Position numbers and translations under genes: made by a program
NCBI GenBank assembly: GCA_947625085.1
Contig: CANQMV010000002.1
Span: 1,490-65,489, forward strand
DNA from: an uncultured Bacilli bacterium
Lineage (GTDB): Bacteria > Bacillota_I > Bacilli_A > RF39 > UBA660
Direction: 5' to 3'
DNA: 64,000 bases
Part shown: positions 45,989 to 56,223 of the stretch, in pieces
How the letters are laid out: each line of letters begins with the position of its first letter
Numbering within the stretch: position 1 is the stretch's first letter
The notes under the pieces: model-generated
Database searches by the model: none
Seen by the model: only the letters and a program-made list of their open reading frames with translations
What the model was told of the DNA's origin: nothing

Positions 45989-47443
45989 ATGAAAAATAAA
46001 AGAAATTTAATCTTAGTAATTATGGTAATTACAATAATAAGTATTATTTATGTAAAGGTAGATAAAGAAATTAATTTACAAAAAGAAGTAGGAAAAGCAA
46101 TTATTAGTAAGCAAGAAGTAAATGCCGGAGAAGAAAACTATAAAGATGCAACTTTAAAAGGAGCAGACCCAGTTATTAGTGGTAAGTTAATCCCGGTAAC
46201 AATTGATAAAAAAGGGAAAGTAACATATGCCAATATAAAAAAAGAATGGTATAACTATCAAAAGAAAGAGTGGGCTAATGCAGTAATCTTAGTAGATAAT
46301 CCCAGTTTAAACTATAAAGTTGGCAGTGAAATAAAAGAAAGTGATATTGAAAGTTATTTTGTTTGGATACCAAGGTTTAAGTATAAGTTATGGAATGCAA
46401 ATCAAAAAGATGGAAATTATTCTATAGGAAATATAACTGACGATGCAAATTCCTTAACATCATATCGAATGCTTTTTGGAAATACAAGACTAATCGAAAT
46501 AGAGTTTGAAAATAATAAAACAAATAAATCAAATAATACAACTAATGGAGAGTGGCTAACTCATCCAGCCTTTACCTTAAATGGCAAAGAATTAAATGGA
46601 ATTTGGGTTGGTAAATTTGAAACTGGTTATAATCAAGGGGATTCTGGAAAGCCAATTGAAAATACAACAACATGGACATTTGCTAAAGCCCAAGTTGATA
46701 AAGTTGAAAGCGATAAAATAATAGTAAAACCAAACGTTTATTCATGGCGAAATTCAACAGTTTCTAACTTTTTTAAAAGTGCCTATAACTATAACCGAGA
46801 TTTAGATAGTCATATGATGAAAAATACCGAATGGGGAGCAGTCGCTTATTTATCACATTCTTTATATGGAATTGGAAAAGAAATAAATATTAACAATAAT
46901 AATCAATATAAAACAGGTTACTCAGCCGTTATTGGAACCGACCAAAGTAGTTATACGGGAACTGCTGGAACTACATCTAATATAACTTTACCTTATAATA
47001 CTCCAACCGGTTATCTGGCATCAACAACTGGAAATATAACCGGAGTCTATGATATGAGTGGAGGAACTCACGAATATATGGCTGCCTATAGACCATCTTC
47101 AACTAAAGATGAAAGTGGTTTTACAGAAGAAGAATTAACGAAATATGCTGCTTATTTAGATAAGTATGAAAATGCAACCACAACATCATATAGTAAAAAA
47201 ATCTTAGGAGATGCAACGGGAGAGATGGGCCCATTTTATTACTACTTTGATAAAGATAATTCTAAAAGATATCATAATGCCTGGTTCGCCGACATGTCGC
47301 ACTTTGTTGACTCCACTGGTCCGTGGTTCGATCGTGGCGGCGGTCACACGGACGGAGTAATCGCTAGTCAGTTCTACTTCGCTAGGTACACTGGTACGAC
47401 CTACACTTACATCGCCACTCGGCTTGTAGTTACAGGAATTTAA
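45989..47443 (+). CDS. Secreted/anchored protein (paralog B) with an FGE-sulfatase/C-type-lectin-like C-terminal domain
   Basis: N-terminal TM anchor and FVWIPRFKY motif. ..HPAF..G.ELNGIWVGKFE.., ..NTEWGAVAYL.., GVYDMSGGTHEYM and ..RGGG..R..TRLVV resemble the FGE/CLec fold seen in DGR targets. Confidence 0.75.
   Translation: MKNKRNLILVIMVITIISIIYVKVDKEINLQKEVGKAIISKQEVNAGEENYKDATLKGADPVISGKLIPVTIDKKGKVTYANIKKEWYNYQKKEWANAVILVDNPSLNYKVGSEIKESDIESYFVWIPRFKYKLWNANQKDGNYSIGNITDDANSLTSYRMLFGNTRLIEIEFENNKTNKSNNTTNGEWLTHPAFTLNGKELNGIWVGKFETGYNQGDSGKPIENTTTWTFAKAQVDKVESDKIIVKPNVYSWRNSTVSNFFKSAYNYNRDLDSHMMKNTEWGAVAYLSHSLYGIGKEININNNNQYKTGYSAVIGTDQSSYTGTAGTTSNITLPYNTPTGYLASTTGNITGVYDMSGGTHEYMAAYRPSSTKDESGFTEEELTKYAAYLDKYENATTTSYSKKILGDATGEMGPFYYYFDKDNSKRYHNAWFADMSHFVDSTGPWFDRGGGHTDGVIASQFYFARYTGTTYTYIATRLVVTGI
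47279..47440 (+). other. Compositionally aberrant 3' segment (last 54 codons): DGR variable-region-like
   Basis: Sharp switch from AT-rich to about 55% GC. 22 of 54 codons are NNC (GCC TTC GCC GAC CAC GAC TCC TTC GGC GGC CAC GAC ATC TTC TAC TTC TAC ACC TAC TAC ATC GCC). Confidence 0.55.
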
Positions 47444-47463
47444 AAATTATAGTAATTATTAAA

Positions 47464-47511
47464 ATATAGTAAAATAGATGTTAAATAAACTAAAATTACT
47501 ATATTTTTTTT
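47464..47511 (+). terminator. Probable terminator
   Basis: ATATAGTAA..TTACTATAT 9-bp stem (large loop) followed by T7. Confidence 0.45.
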
Positions 47512-47544
47512 ATTAACTATGGTAAAATTATTTTGGGTGTTTGT

Positions 47545-48567
47545 ATGGAAAATATATACAATAAAACATTTAATGAATTAAATGAGTACTTTAAACAACT
47601 TGGAGAAAAGACCTATCGTACTCGTCAAGTATTTGATTGGTTATATATAAAAAGAATTAAAGATTTTCAAGAAATGACCAATTTAAAAAAAGAAATTATT
47701 GAAAAATTAAAAACAGATTTTTTTATTGATGATATAGAAATTATTAAAAAAGAAAGTGATGTACTTGTTAATAAATATTTATTAAAATTAAAAGATGCAA
47801 ATACAATTGAAGCGGTTTTAATGCAACATGATTACGGAAATAGTTTATGTATCTCTTCAGAAGTTGGTTGTAATATGGCTTGCTCTTTTTGTGAATCTGG
47901 AAGAATTAAAAAAATCCGTAACGTTTCAAGTGGTGAGATGGTTTTACAAATTTTAAAAATTGAAAAAGATTTAAATATTCGTATTTCTCATGTTGTTATA
48001 ATGGGAATTGGCGAACCATTTGATAATTATCAAAATATTTGCAAATTTATAGAAACTGTTAATTCTCCGTTTGGAATTAATTTAGGAAGTAGGCATATAA
48101 CTGTTTCAACTTGTGGAATTGTTCCAAAAATTTACGAATTTTCAAACTTTCCTTATCAAGTAAATTTAGCAATTAGTCTTCATGCCCCAAACGATACTTT
48201 AAGAAGCAAATTAATGCCAATTAATAAAGCATATAATTTAAAAAGTTTAATTGAGGCCGTTAAAAAGTATATAGAAAAAACAAATAGACGAGTTACTTTC
48301 GAATATATTATGTTAGATAAGGTAAATGATACCGAAGAATGTGCCATAGAACTTGCTAATTTATTAAAAGGACTTAATGCTTATGTTAATTTAATCCCTT
48401 ATAACGAAACAAATAATATAGGCTATAAAAGAAGTTCAAAAGAACGAATTTTAAAGTTTTATGATTGTTTAAAAAAGCATAATATTAGTGTTACAATCAG
48501 AAAAGAATTTGGTTCAAAAATTAGTGCTGCTTGTGGACAGTTAAAGACAATTAAGGAGGCTTCATGA
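47545..48567 (+). CDS. rlmN: 23S rRNA/tRNA A2503 methyltransferase RlmN (radical SAM)
   Basis: CNMACSFCESG radical-SAM motif and a typical ..YR..Q...W.. N-terminus. Start is ATG 47545 or TTG 47533. Confidence 0.9.
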   Translation: MENIYNKTFNELNEYFKQLGEKTYRTRQVFDWLYIKRIKDFQEMTNLKKEIIEKLKTDFFIDDIEIIKKESDVLVNKYLLKLKDANTIEAVLMQHDYGNSLCISSEVGCNMACSFCESGRIKKIRNVSSGEMVLQILKIEKDLNIRISHVVIMGIGEPFDNYQNICKFIETVNSPFGINLGSRHITVSTCGIVPKIYEFSNFPYQVNLAISLHAPNDTLRSKLMPINKAYNLKSLIEAVKKYIEKTNRRVTFEYIMLDKVNDTEECAIELANLLKGLNAYVNLIPYNETNNIGYKRSSKERILKFYDCLKKHNISVTIRKEFGSKISAACGQLKTIKEAS

Positions 48568-49316
48568 AAAGTTTTTATTTAACCGATGTTGGGAAAGTTC
48601 GGGACCATAATGAAGATAGTGTCATTATTTTAAAAAATGAAAAAGAAGAATATTTACTTGCGGTTGCCGATGGACTAGGAGGACATCGAGCTGGAGAAGT
48701 TGCATCAAGTATTGCAATAACTTATCTTAGTAAACATTTTCAAGAAACATTTTATAATTTAACTAAAGAAGAAGCTATAATTTGGCTTAATGATGTAGTT
48801 TTAAATATAAATAAACAAATTTTTAAATATGAAGAAGGACATAAAGATAGTGTTGGCATGGGAACAACTTTAGTAGTTGCTTTATATACTAAAGATTATT
48901 TATTATTTGGAAATATTGGAGATTCCAGTGGTTTTGTCTTAAAAAATAAAAAATTGCATAAAGTTACAGTGGACCATTCTTTAGTCAATTTATTAGTTGA
49001 AGCTGGAGAAATCACAGAAGATGAAGCAAGAGACCATCCAAGAAAAAATGTTTTAATGAAATGTCTTGGAGCAAGTCTTGAAATTGAAGCGGATATTTTT
49101 GAAGTTGACGATGTAAGAAGTGTTCAAGGTGTATTACTAGCAAGTGATGGCTTGACTAATATGCTTGATTTAGATAAAATAGAAAGTGTAATAAATAGTC
49201 GTGAGGAGATTGAAGAGCGAATTGTAAATTTAATTCAAAAAGCTAATAATTCAGGTGGAATGGATAATATTTCAATCGCATATTTAGAAAAAGAAGAAGA
49301 AGGTGGAATGAATTGA
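48564..49316 (+). CDS. stp: PP2C-family Ser/Thr phosphatase (Stp/PrpC)
   Basis: ..NEDS..ADGLGGH.AGE.AS..MGTT..SDGL.. motifs. Adjacent to the kinase. Confidence 0.9.
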   Translation: MKSFYLTDVGKVRDHNEDSVIILKNEKEEYLLAVADGLGGHRAGEVASSIAITYLSKHFQETFYNLTKEEAIIWLNDVVLNINKQIFKYEEGHKDSVGMGTTLVVALYTKDYLLFGNIGDSSGFVLKNKKLHKVTVDHSLVNLLVEAGEITEDEARDHPRKNVLMKCLGASLEIEADIFEVDDVRSVQGVLLASDGLTNMLDLDKIESVINSREEIEERIVNLIQKANNSGGMDNISIAYLEKEEEGGMN

Positions 49317-51046
49317 TAGCAAAAGGGCAAAAGATAAATGATCGTTATGAAATCATTCGAAGTATAGGCGAAGGTGGTATGGCTAATGTTTATTTAGCTA
49401 AAGATATTATTTTAGATAGAAATGTTGCAATAAAAATATTAAGAGGCGATTTAGCAGGCGATGAAAAATTTGTTCGCCGCTTTCAAAGAGAAGCCTTATC
49501 AGCCTCATCTTTATCACATCCTAATATTGTAGAAATGTATGATGTTGGAGAAGATAATGGCACTTATTATATTGTCATGGAATATGTTTCAGGAATGACT
49601 TTAAAGCAGCTTATTAAGAAAAAAGGGGCTTTGTCTTTATCTGAGGCAATTGATATTATGCTTCAAATAACAGATGGGATTAAAGAAGCCCATGATTCTT
49701 ATATAATTCATCGGGATTTAAAACCTCAAAATATTTTGATTAAAGATAATGGTGAAATAAAAATTACCGATTTTGGAATTGCTATGGCCTTAAATAGTAC
49801 TCAATTAACCCAAACAAATTCCGTTATGGGAAGCGTTCATTACTTACCACCAGAACAAGCAAGTGGTAAAGGGGCTACTATTAAAAGTGATATTTATTCA
49901 ATGGGAATTTTATTTTATGAGTTATTAACTGGTAAACTTCCTTTTAAAGGCGATAATGCTGTTGAAATAGCTTTAAAACATATGAAAAATGATATTCCAA
50001 GTGTAAGAGAAGCTAACAATACAATTCCACAGAGTGTTGAAAATATTATCTTAAAAGCAACAGCGAAAAATCCAAAAAATCGTTATGAAACAGCTAAAGA
50101 TATGCATGAAGATTTATTAACTTGTTTAAATGAAGATAGATTAAATGAAAAAAAATACGAATTTCTTTATCCAGAACACGATAGTGATTCTGAAAATAAA
50201 AAGCCAGTTCTTTTAGAAGATACAAATAAAAATCAAGATAAGTTAGTTTCCGAAGATGGAATTTTAGATAATGATGATGCTTCTAAAAATACTTGGATAT
50301 GGATATTATCATCAATTTTTATCTTTATTATTTTAGTATTAGTTGGTATTTTTATCATTTATCCCAAAGTAACGGAAGTTCCAGATGTAAAAATTCCAAA
50401 TGTTGCTGGAATGACAATTCAAAAAGCAGAAGAAACTTTAAAATCTAAAGGATTTGAAGTGGCAATTAAAGTTGAACATGTAAGTGATGAAAATATTGCT
50501 GAAGGCTTAGTTGTTAAAACTTCACCTTCAATTGGGCGGGTTGTTAAAAAAGGAGTTACAATAACATTATTTGAATCCCTTGGAAATACCGTTTATGAAA
50601 TTGAAGATTACACTGGAAGAAACTATATTGAAGTAAAAACAATTTTAGAAAATCAATATAATCTTGAGGTTACCGTTGAAAAAGTAGATGTTTCATCAGA
50701 TGAAGAGTATGATGAACAAGAAATAATTCGTCAAGATTTAGAAGTTGGAACTAAAGTATCAAAGGGTAGTAAAATAACTTTATATATTCCAAAAATTGTT
50801 GATGAATATCCAAACTTTGTTGATGAAGCTTGGTCAATTGAAGAAATTCAAAGTTTCTGTGACCAATATGGAGTAGTTGTAACTTTTGTTCCAAAACAAA
50901 GTGCTGATTTGGCTGAAAATACAATTATTAGTCAAAGTAGAGCGGCTGGTACTCCAATTGTATCTGGAGCAACTTTAAGAATTGTTTATGCAGTAAAAGA
51001 TGAGGCAACTGAAGAAGAACCAACGGTAAGTGACCAAGATAATTAA
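49313..51046 (+). CDS. prkC: Ser/Thr protein kinase PrkC with PASTA repeats
   Basis: Kinase motifs GEGGMANVY, HRDLKPQN and DFGIA. A TM segment, then PASTA-like repeats. Confidence 0.9.
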   Translation: MIAKGQKINDRYEIIRSIGEGGMANVYLAKDIILDRNVAIKILRGDLAGDEKFVRRFQREALSASSLSHPNIVEMYDVGEDNGTYYIVMEYVSGMTLKQLIKKKGALSLSEAIDIMLQITDGIKEAHDSYIIHRDLKPQNILIKDNGEIKITDFGIAMALNSTQLTQTNSVMGSVHYLPPEQASGKGATIKSDIYSMGILFYELLTGKLPFKGDNAVEIALKHMKNDIPSVREANNTIPQSVENIILKATAKNPKNRYETAKDMHEDLLTCLNEDRLNEKKYEFLYPEHDSDSENKKPVLLEDTNKNQDKLVSEDGILDNDDASKNTWIWILSSIFIFIILVLVGIFIIYPKVTEVPDVKIPNVAGMTIQKAEETLKSKGFEVAIKVEHVSDENIAEGLVVKTSPSIGRVVKKGVTITLFESLGNTVYEIEDYTGRNYIEVKTILENQYNLEVTVEKVDVSSDEEYDEQEIIRQDLEVGTKVSKGSKITLYIPKIVDEYPNFVDEAWSIEEIQSFCDQYGVVVTFVPKQSADLAENTIISQSRAAGTPIVSGATLRIVYAVKDEATEEEPTVSDQDN

Positions 51047-51903
51047 TGGGTATTACAATGACAGGACAAGTTGTTAAAGTTATCAGTAATCAGTTTTTTG
51101 TCTTAGTTGATGATAAAATAATCGAATGCAAAGAACGTGGTAAATTAAAAAAATTAAAAACACTTCCCCTAGTTGGGGATTTTGTTGTAGTTAATACAGA
51201 AACCAAAACAATTGAAAAAATCTTAGAACGAAAAAATATGATTGTAAGACCAAATGTTGCTAATATTACCCAAGCTTTTATAGTAACCAGTTTTAAAAAT
51301 CCTGATTTTAGTACTAATTTACTTGATAAATTATTAGTTCAATTAGAAATAAATCATATAAAAGCTGTCATTTGTCTTACTAAACGTGATTTAATAAATA
51401 ATTTAGAATATAAAAAATATCAAGAAATTTTAAAATATTATGAAAATCTTGGTTATCCAGTTGTTTTTAATACTGAACTTTCAAAAATTAAGAAAATGTT
51501 AGAAAATGAAGTTACAGTTATGACTGGGCAAAGTGGAGCTGGAAAAAGTACCTTACTTAACAAATTATTTAAAGATTTAAATATTAAAACTGGTGAAGTT
51601 TCCTATGCTCTTGGTCGAGGCAAACATACAACTAGACATGTAGAAATTATTATTCATAAAAATATTAAAGTATTAGATACCCCAGGCTTTTCAGCCTTGT
51701 CGTTTCTAAATTATGAAAAAGAAGATGTTCGCGATTCCTTTAAAGAATTTTTAAAGTATCCATGCTTATATAAAGATTGTATGCATGATAAAGAAAGCGA
51801 ATGTATGGTAAAAAAAGCTAAAGACGAAGGGAAAATTTTACCAAGTCGTTATGAAAATTATCTTAATTTTTTACATGAATTTGATACTAAAAAGAGGTGG
51901 TAA
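51046..51903 (+). CDS. rsgA: Ribosome small-subunit-dependent GTPase RsgA
   Basis: Circularly permuted GTPase (TKRDL, GQSGAGKSTLLN, DTPGF) plus a C-terminal Cys cluster. Confidence 0.9.
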   Translation: MGITMTGQVVKVISNQFFVLVDDKIIECKERGKLKKLKTLPLVGDFVVVNTETKTIEKILERKNMIVRPNVANITQAFIVTSFKNPDFSTNLLDKLLVQLEINHIKAVICLTKRDLINNLEYKKYQEILKYYENLGYPVVFNTELSKIKKMLENEVTVMTGQSGAGKSTLLNKLFKDLNIKTGEVSYALGRGKHTTRHVEIIIHKNIKVLDTPGFSALSFLNYEKEDVRDSFKEFLKYPCLYKDCMHDKESECMVKKAKDEGKILPSRYENYLNFLHEFDTKKRW

Positions 51904-51905
51904 AG

Positions 51906-52535
51906 ATGAAAATATCAGCATCATTTTTAGGAAGTTCCAATATTCCTTTAACCCTAACTAAATTAAATATAACCGATGTTGATTACATTCACGTTGATGT
52001 AATGGATGGTAAATACGTTTTAAATAAAACCTTCACTTTTTCACAATTTAAAGAAATTCCTTTATATACTAGAAAAAGATTAGATATTCATTTAATGGTT
52101 TTAAATCCTTTAAAATTAATTGATGATTATGCTAATTTAAATGTTGAATTTATAAGTGTTCATCTTAATATTTTAGATGATATCGATGAAGTTATTAAAA
52201 AATGTCATGACTATGGAATAAAAATCGGTTTGGCTGTAAATCCCAGTGATGATGTTAGAATAGTTTATCCCTATTTAGATAAAATAGATTTAGTTTTATT
52301 AATGAGTGTTAATCCTGGACTTCCCGGTCAAGAATTTATTAAAACAACCTTAACCAAAATTAATACCTTAAAAGATGAAATAAAAAGACGTAAATTAGAA
52401 ACTTTAATAAGTGTTGATGGAGGAATTAATTTTTCCAATCATAAATTACTAAAAGATGTTGATATCATTGTTTCCGGTTCTACAATTATTAAATCCTCTG
52501 ATTATCAAGAGGCAATTACCAAATTAAGACAATAA
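51906..52535 (+). CDS. rpe: Ribulose-phosphate 3-epimerase
   Basis: ..HVDVMDG..V.N..F......D.HLMV..P......H.......G.A.NP...MSVNPG..GQ.F..VDGGI... ATG 51906 follows AGAGGTGG. Confidence 0.85.
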   Translation: MKISASFLGSSNIPLTLTKLNITDVDYIHVDVMDGKYVLNKTFTFSQFKEIPLYTRKRLDIHLMVLNPLKLIDDYANLNVEFISVHLNILDDIDEVIKKCHDYGIKIGLAVNPSDDVRIVYPYLDKIDLVLLMSVNPGLPGQEFIKTTLTKINTLKDEIKRRKLETLISVDGGINFSNHKLLKDVDIIVSGSTIIKSSDYQEAITKLRQ

Positions 52536-52588
52536 TTTGCTAAATTAAAAAAAATAGTATATACTATAAAACCAAAGGAAGTGATTAA

Positions 52589-53557
52589 ATGACTTTATTT
52601 GAACAATTAAAGTTATTTCCTAAAGTTGATTTACATGTTGATTTATTAGGTTCCATTCAAAAAGAAACTATTTCCAAATTAACTAATACCGAATCAATTC
52701 AAAAAATTGAAGAGTTAGTTGAACTTGAAAGTTTAAAAGATTATAACAAATTAAAACAATTTGTTTCCAAGTTACTTGATACATTAGAAAATATTGAGAT
52801 AGCTTTTACCGATTTAATTAATAAATTACAACAAGATAATTTAATTTATGCTGAAGTTTATGTTAATTTAGATTTATTTACTACTAAATTAAATAAAAAA
52901 GATATTTTAAAAACCCTTTTAAAAGTTATCAATAAAAGTAATATAAAAATAAATTTAGTTTTAGAAATTAATTCTGAAATTAAAGAACTTGAATTAACTA
53001 ATAATTTAAATTTACTTTATGAATTTTATAAAAAAGGTATAAATGGAGTTTGCTTTTTAAAATCAAAACAAGAAAATTTTGATTCTTATCAATCATTATT
53101 TTCTAAATTTATTAAAGATAAAATAGATTATATTGTGGTTTTAGATTCCAAATTAACCAATCAAAATAAAGAAATATATTATAATGCTAAAAGAATTATT
53201 TATAATGTTTTAGAATTACCTGATACAAATTTTTTAAATATTATAAGAGATACTGAAATTATTTTAGAATTTCCAATTACTTATCAAAATTATTTTAATT
53301 TATACGATGACTTAACTAATCATTTTATATATGATTTATATAAAGAAAATATTAAAGTAGCTTTTACAACTTGTGATATGATGTTACTTGATACTGATTT
53401 ATTAAATGAATATTGTAAGTTATTTAATGTTTTTCCATTTAATTTACATGATTTAGTAACGATTACTTTAAATATTTTAAATAAGTTAAATATAAGTGAT
53501 GAAGTTAAGAATAGTTTAATTTTAGAATTTAGAGAAAAAGCTAATGAGTTATTTTAG
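52589..53557 (+). CDS. Adenosine-deaminase-like amidohydrolase fold protein (degenerate), uncertain
   Basis: N-terminal PKVDLHVDLLGS resembles the ADA metal motif (the usual HxH is H-V-D here). Confidence 0.3.
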   Translation: MTLFEQLKLFPKVDLHVDLLGSIQKETISKLTNTESIQKIEELVELESLKDYNKLKQFVSKLLDTLENIEIAFTDLINKLQQDNLIYAEVYVNLDLFTTKLNKKDILKTLLKVINKSNIKINLVLEINSEIKELELTNNLNLLYEFYKKGINGVCFLKSKQENFDSYQSLFSKFIKDKIDYIVVLDSKLTNQNKEIYYNAKRIIYNVLELPDTNFLNIIRDTEIILEFPITYQNYFNLYDDLTNHFIYDLYKENIKVAFTTCDMMLLDTDLLNEYCKLFNVFPFNLHDLVTITLNILNKLNISDEVKNSLILEFREKANELF

Positions 53558-53584
53558 AAAAATTTTCTAAATTATGGAGGTAAT

Positions 53585-54661
53585 ATGGATAAATTAAAAC
53601 TAATCGTTATGGAAAGTTGCAAGGAGTTAGGGGAAAAGGTTAATTTTCATCTTAAAAATATTATGGGCTCAACTGATGATTTTATTATTCCCATTGATGA
53701 AGTAAGATTTAATAATGGAGAAGGTAAGATTGTTATTAAAGAAAGTGTTAGAAAAAAAGATATATATATTTTAACAGATATATTAAATCATTCAATTACA
53801 TATAAAATGTATAATTATTATAATCATAAAAGCCCAGATGACCATTATGTTGATGTAATTAGAACTTTATCGACGATTAGAAATCAAGCTGATTCAGTTT
53901 CCTTAATAATGCCGTTTTTATATGAATCAAGGCAGCATAAAAGAGAAGGGCGAGAATCACTTGACTGTGCTGTTGCTCTCCAAGAATTTATTGACCAAGG
54001 AGTAAAAAATATTATTACTTTTGACGCTCATGATACAAATGTTCAAAATGCAATTCCAAGGTCATCCTTTGATAATTTTTATCCAACTAATATTTTACTT
54101 GAAAAATTTATAACTTTAGAAGATGTTAAAAATGATAATTTACTGGCCGTATCTCCAGATAATGGGGCTTTAAAAAGAACTAGATTTTATGCTAATATGT
54201 TAGGGTGTGAACTGGGAGGTCATTTTGAAAAACATCGAGATTTATATACGATTATTGATGGTAAAAATCCAATTTTAGAGCATGAATATATTGGTAAAGA
54301 TGTAAAAAATAAAGATATTATTATCGTTGATGATATGATTGCTAGTGGAGAAAGTATGTTAGATGTCGCCTTTGAACTAAAAAAGCGAGGAGCAAAGCGA
54401 ATTTATATGTTTTCAGCCTATGCAATGTTTACTAAAGGAATAGAAGTTTTTGATAAAGCTTATCAAGATGGACTTTTTAACAAATTATTTTCAACTAATT
54501 TAGCTTATATAAGTGATGAAGCTAGAAGTAGAGACTGGTTAGTAATTGCTGATTGTTCCGAGTATCTTGCCAAAATTATTTATAATTATCATATTGGTGG
54601 GGCTATTTCACCTATTTTAACAGCTACCTCAAAAGTTTTAGAAGATTTTTCTAAAAAATAA
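53585..54661 (+). CDS. prs: Ribose-phosphate pyrophosphokinase family protein
   Basis: ..FDAHD.., PRPP loop IIVDDMIASGESM, and size about 358 aa (long form). Confidence 0.75.
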   Translation: MDKLKLIVMESCKELGEKVNFHLKNIMGSTDDFIIPIDEVRFNNGEGKIVIKESVRKKDIYILTDILNHSITYKMYNYYNHKSPDDHYVDVIRTLSTIRNQADSVSLIMPFLYESRQHKREGRESLDCAVALQEFIDQGVKNIITFDAHDTNVQNAIPRSSFDNFYPTNILLEKFITLEDVKNDNLLAVSPDNGALKRTRFYANMLGCELGGHFEKHRDLYTIIDGKNPILEHEYIGKDVKNKDIIIVDDMIASGESMLDVAFELKKRGAKRIYMFSAYAMFTKGIEVFDKAYQDGLFNKLFSTNLAYISDEARSRDWLVIADCSEYLAKIIYNYHIGGAISPILTATSKVLEDFSKK

Positions 54662-54668
54662 ATGTTAT

Positions 54669-54700
54669 CTGAATATTATTAATTTAATATTCAGTTTTTT
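54669..54700 (+). terminator. Intrinsic terminator
   Basis: CTGAATATTA..TAATATTCAG 10-bp stem followed by T6. Confidence 0.75.
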
Positions 54701-54757
54701 CATGGCCAAAAGCCTAGTCTTTTAATTCAAATAACCATATAATACACCGGTGATTAG

Positions 54758-56146
54758 ATGCAATTAAAAGAAATTCTTGATACAAAAAAATATCCCAATA
54801 TTAAATTTAGAAATATTTGTTTAAATACATTGTATCTTAAAGAAGGAGATTTATTTATTCCTTATGGAGGATTAAATCGTGAAAAATATATAACAGAAGC
54901 TATTAATAAAAAATGTAGTTTAGTTATAACTGATAAATTTTATCCAAGTGAAAAAGTAATTCAAGTTAAAAATTTAAATAAGTTAATAATTGATATCTTT
55001 AATCGTTACTATGATTATCCTTTAAAAAAATTTAATTTAATTGGGATAACTGGAACTGATGGTAAAACGACTCTTTCAAGTATCCTAAGTGATTTATTAG
55101 CTTGTCCTTCAATTGGCACCAATGGGTTTAAATTTCAAAATAAAAATTATCCTTTAACGAATACGACTCCTTCAATTGATATTTTATATAATTGTTTTGA
55201 AAAATCTTTACAAGCTAACTATAAAAATATTGTGATGGAAGTATCAAGTGAAGCTTATTTAACAAATCGAATTGGTGATTTACCATTTACTGTTTCGATA
55301 TTTACCAATATTACAAAAGAACATTTAGATAAACATAAAACCTTTGCTAATTATTTAGAATGTAAACTAAAATTATTTCGAAATAGTCGAATTGCTATTT
55401 TACCAAGAGATAGTAAATATTATTATCGGTTTAAAGATAATGCTAATATTTCTTATTCTTATGGCTTTAAAAAAGGTTCTACTCTTCAAATTTTAAATTA
55501 TAAATTATATTTTGATAAAACTATTTTAACCTTTAAGTATCAAACTAAAAAATATAAAATAACTATTCCTTTACTAGGTAAATTTAATGTTTATAATATA
55601 GCAGCTGCTATTTTAACTCTTTTAAGTCTTGGTTATGATATGAATTTTATTCAAAAAAGACTGAAATATTTAACTAAAGTTTCTGGGCGAATGGAAATAG
55701 TCTATAATAAAAACTTTTTAATTGTTCTAGATTATGCTCATACAACTAATGCAACTTATAATGTTTTAAAGTTTTTTTCTAAATTTAAAAAAAATATTAT
55801 TACTGTTGTTGGATGTGCTGGGGGGAGGTATAAAGAGAAACGAAAAGAAATTGGAAAAATTGTCTTAAAATATTCTAAATTAGTAATTTTTACAAGTGAT
55901 GACCCAAGGTTCGAAGACCCCAACCAAATTATTAATGAAATGTTAGAAACAAAAACGAAAAAAAATTATGTTAAAATTATCGACCGAGAAGAAGCAATTA
56001 GATATGCAATTTCGAAAACTAAAAAAGATGGAGTAGTTTTAATACTAGGAAAAGGTCGTGATAATTATATGTTAGTTGAAGATAAAAAAATACCTTACAG
56101 TGATTATGATACAGTTTTAAAAATTCTAAAAGAAAACAACCTTTAA
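54758..56146 (+). CDS. murE: UDP-MurNAc-tripeptide synthetase MurE
   Basis: GITGTDGKTT P-loop, DYAHT, and Mur ligase layout. Confidence 0.85.
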   Translation: MQLKEILDTKKYPNIKFRNICLNTLYLKEGDLFIPYGGLNREKYITEAINKKCSLVITDKFYPSEKVIQVKNLNKLIIDIFNRYYDYPLKKFNLIGITGTDGKTTLSSILSDLLACPSIGTNGFKFQNKNYPLTNTTPSIDILYNCFEKSLQANYKNIVMEVSSEAYLTNRIGDLPFTVSIFTNITKEHLDKHKTFANYLECKLKLFRNSRIAILPRDSKYYYRFKDNANISYSYGFKKGSTLQILNYKLYFDKTILTFKYQTKKYKITIPLLGKFNVYNIAAAILTLLSLGYDMNFIQKRLKYLTKVSGRMEIVYNKNFLIVLDYAHTTNATYNVLKFFSKFKKNIITVVGCAGGRYKEKRKEIGKIVLKYSKLVIFTSDDPRFEDPNQIINEMLETKTKKNYVKIIDREEAIRYAISKTKKDGVVLILGKGRDNYMLVEDKKIPYSDYDTVLKILKENNL

Positions 56147-56223
56147 ATTTCTAAATTATAATGCTTATTACTTGAAAATTTGATATAATAAATTAAAAAA
56201 GAGATATTTTAAAGGAGAATTTT

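Noticed and set aside
41393-48567. Template repeat / reverse transcriptase partner for the DGR-like variable region
   Set aside because: I looked for a second copy of the GC-rich 160-nt segment (or an A-rich version) and for an RT-like ORF. The neighbours are pdp, ylmC, trmH, topA and rlmN, and no other comparably GC-rich stretch exists in the window. The DGR call therefore rests only on the VR signature.
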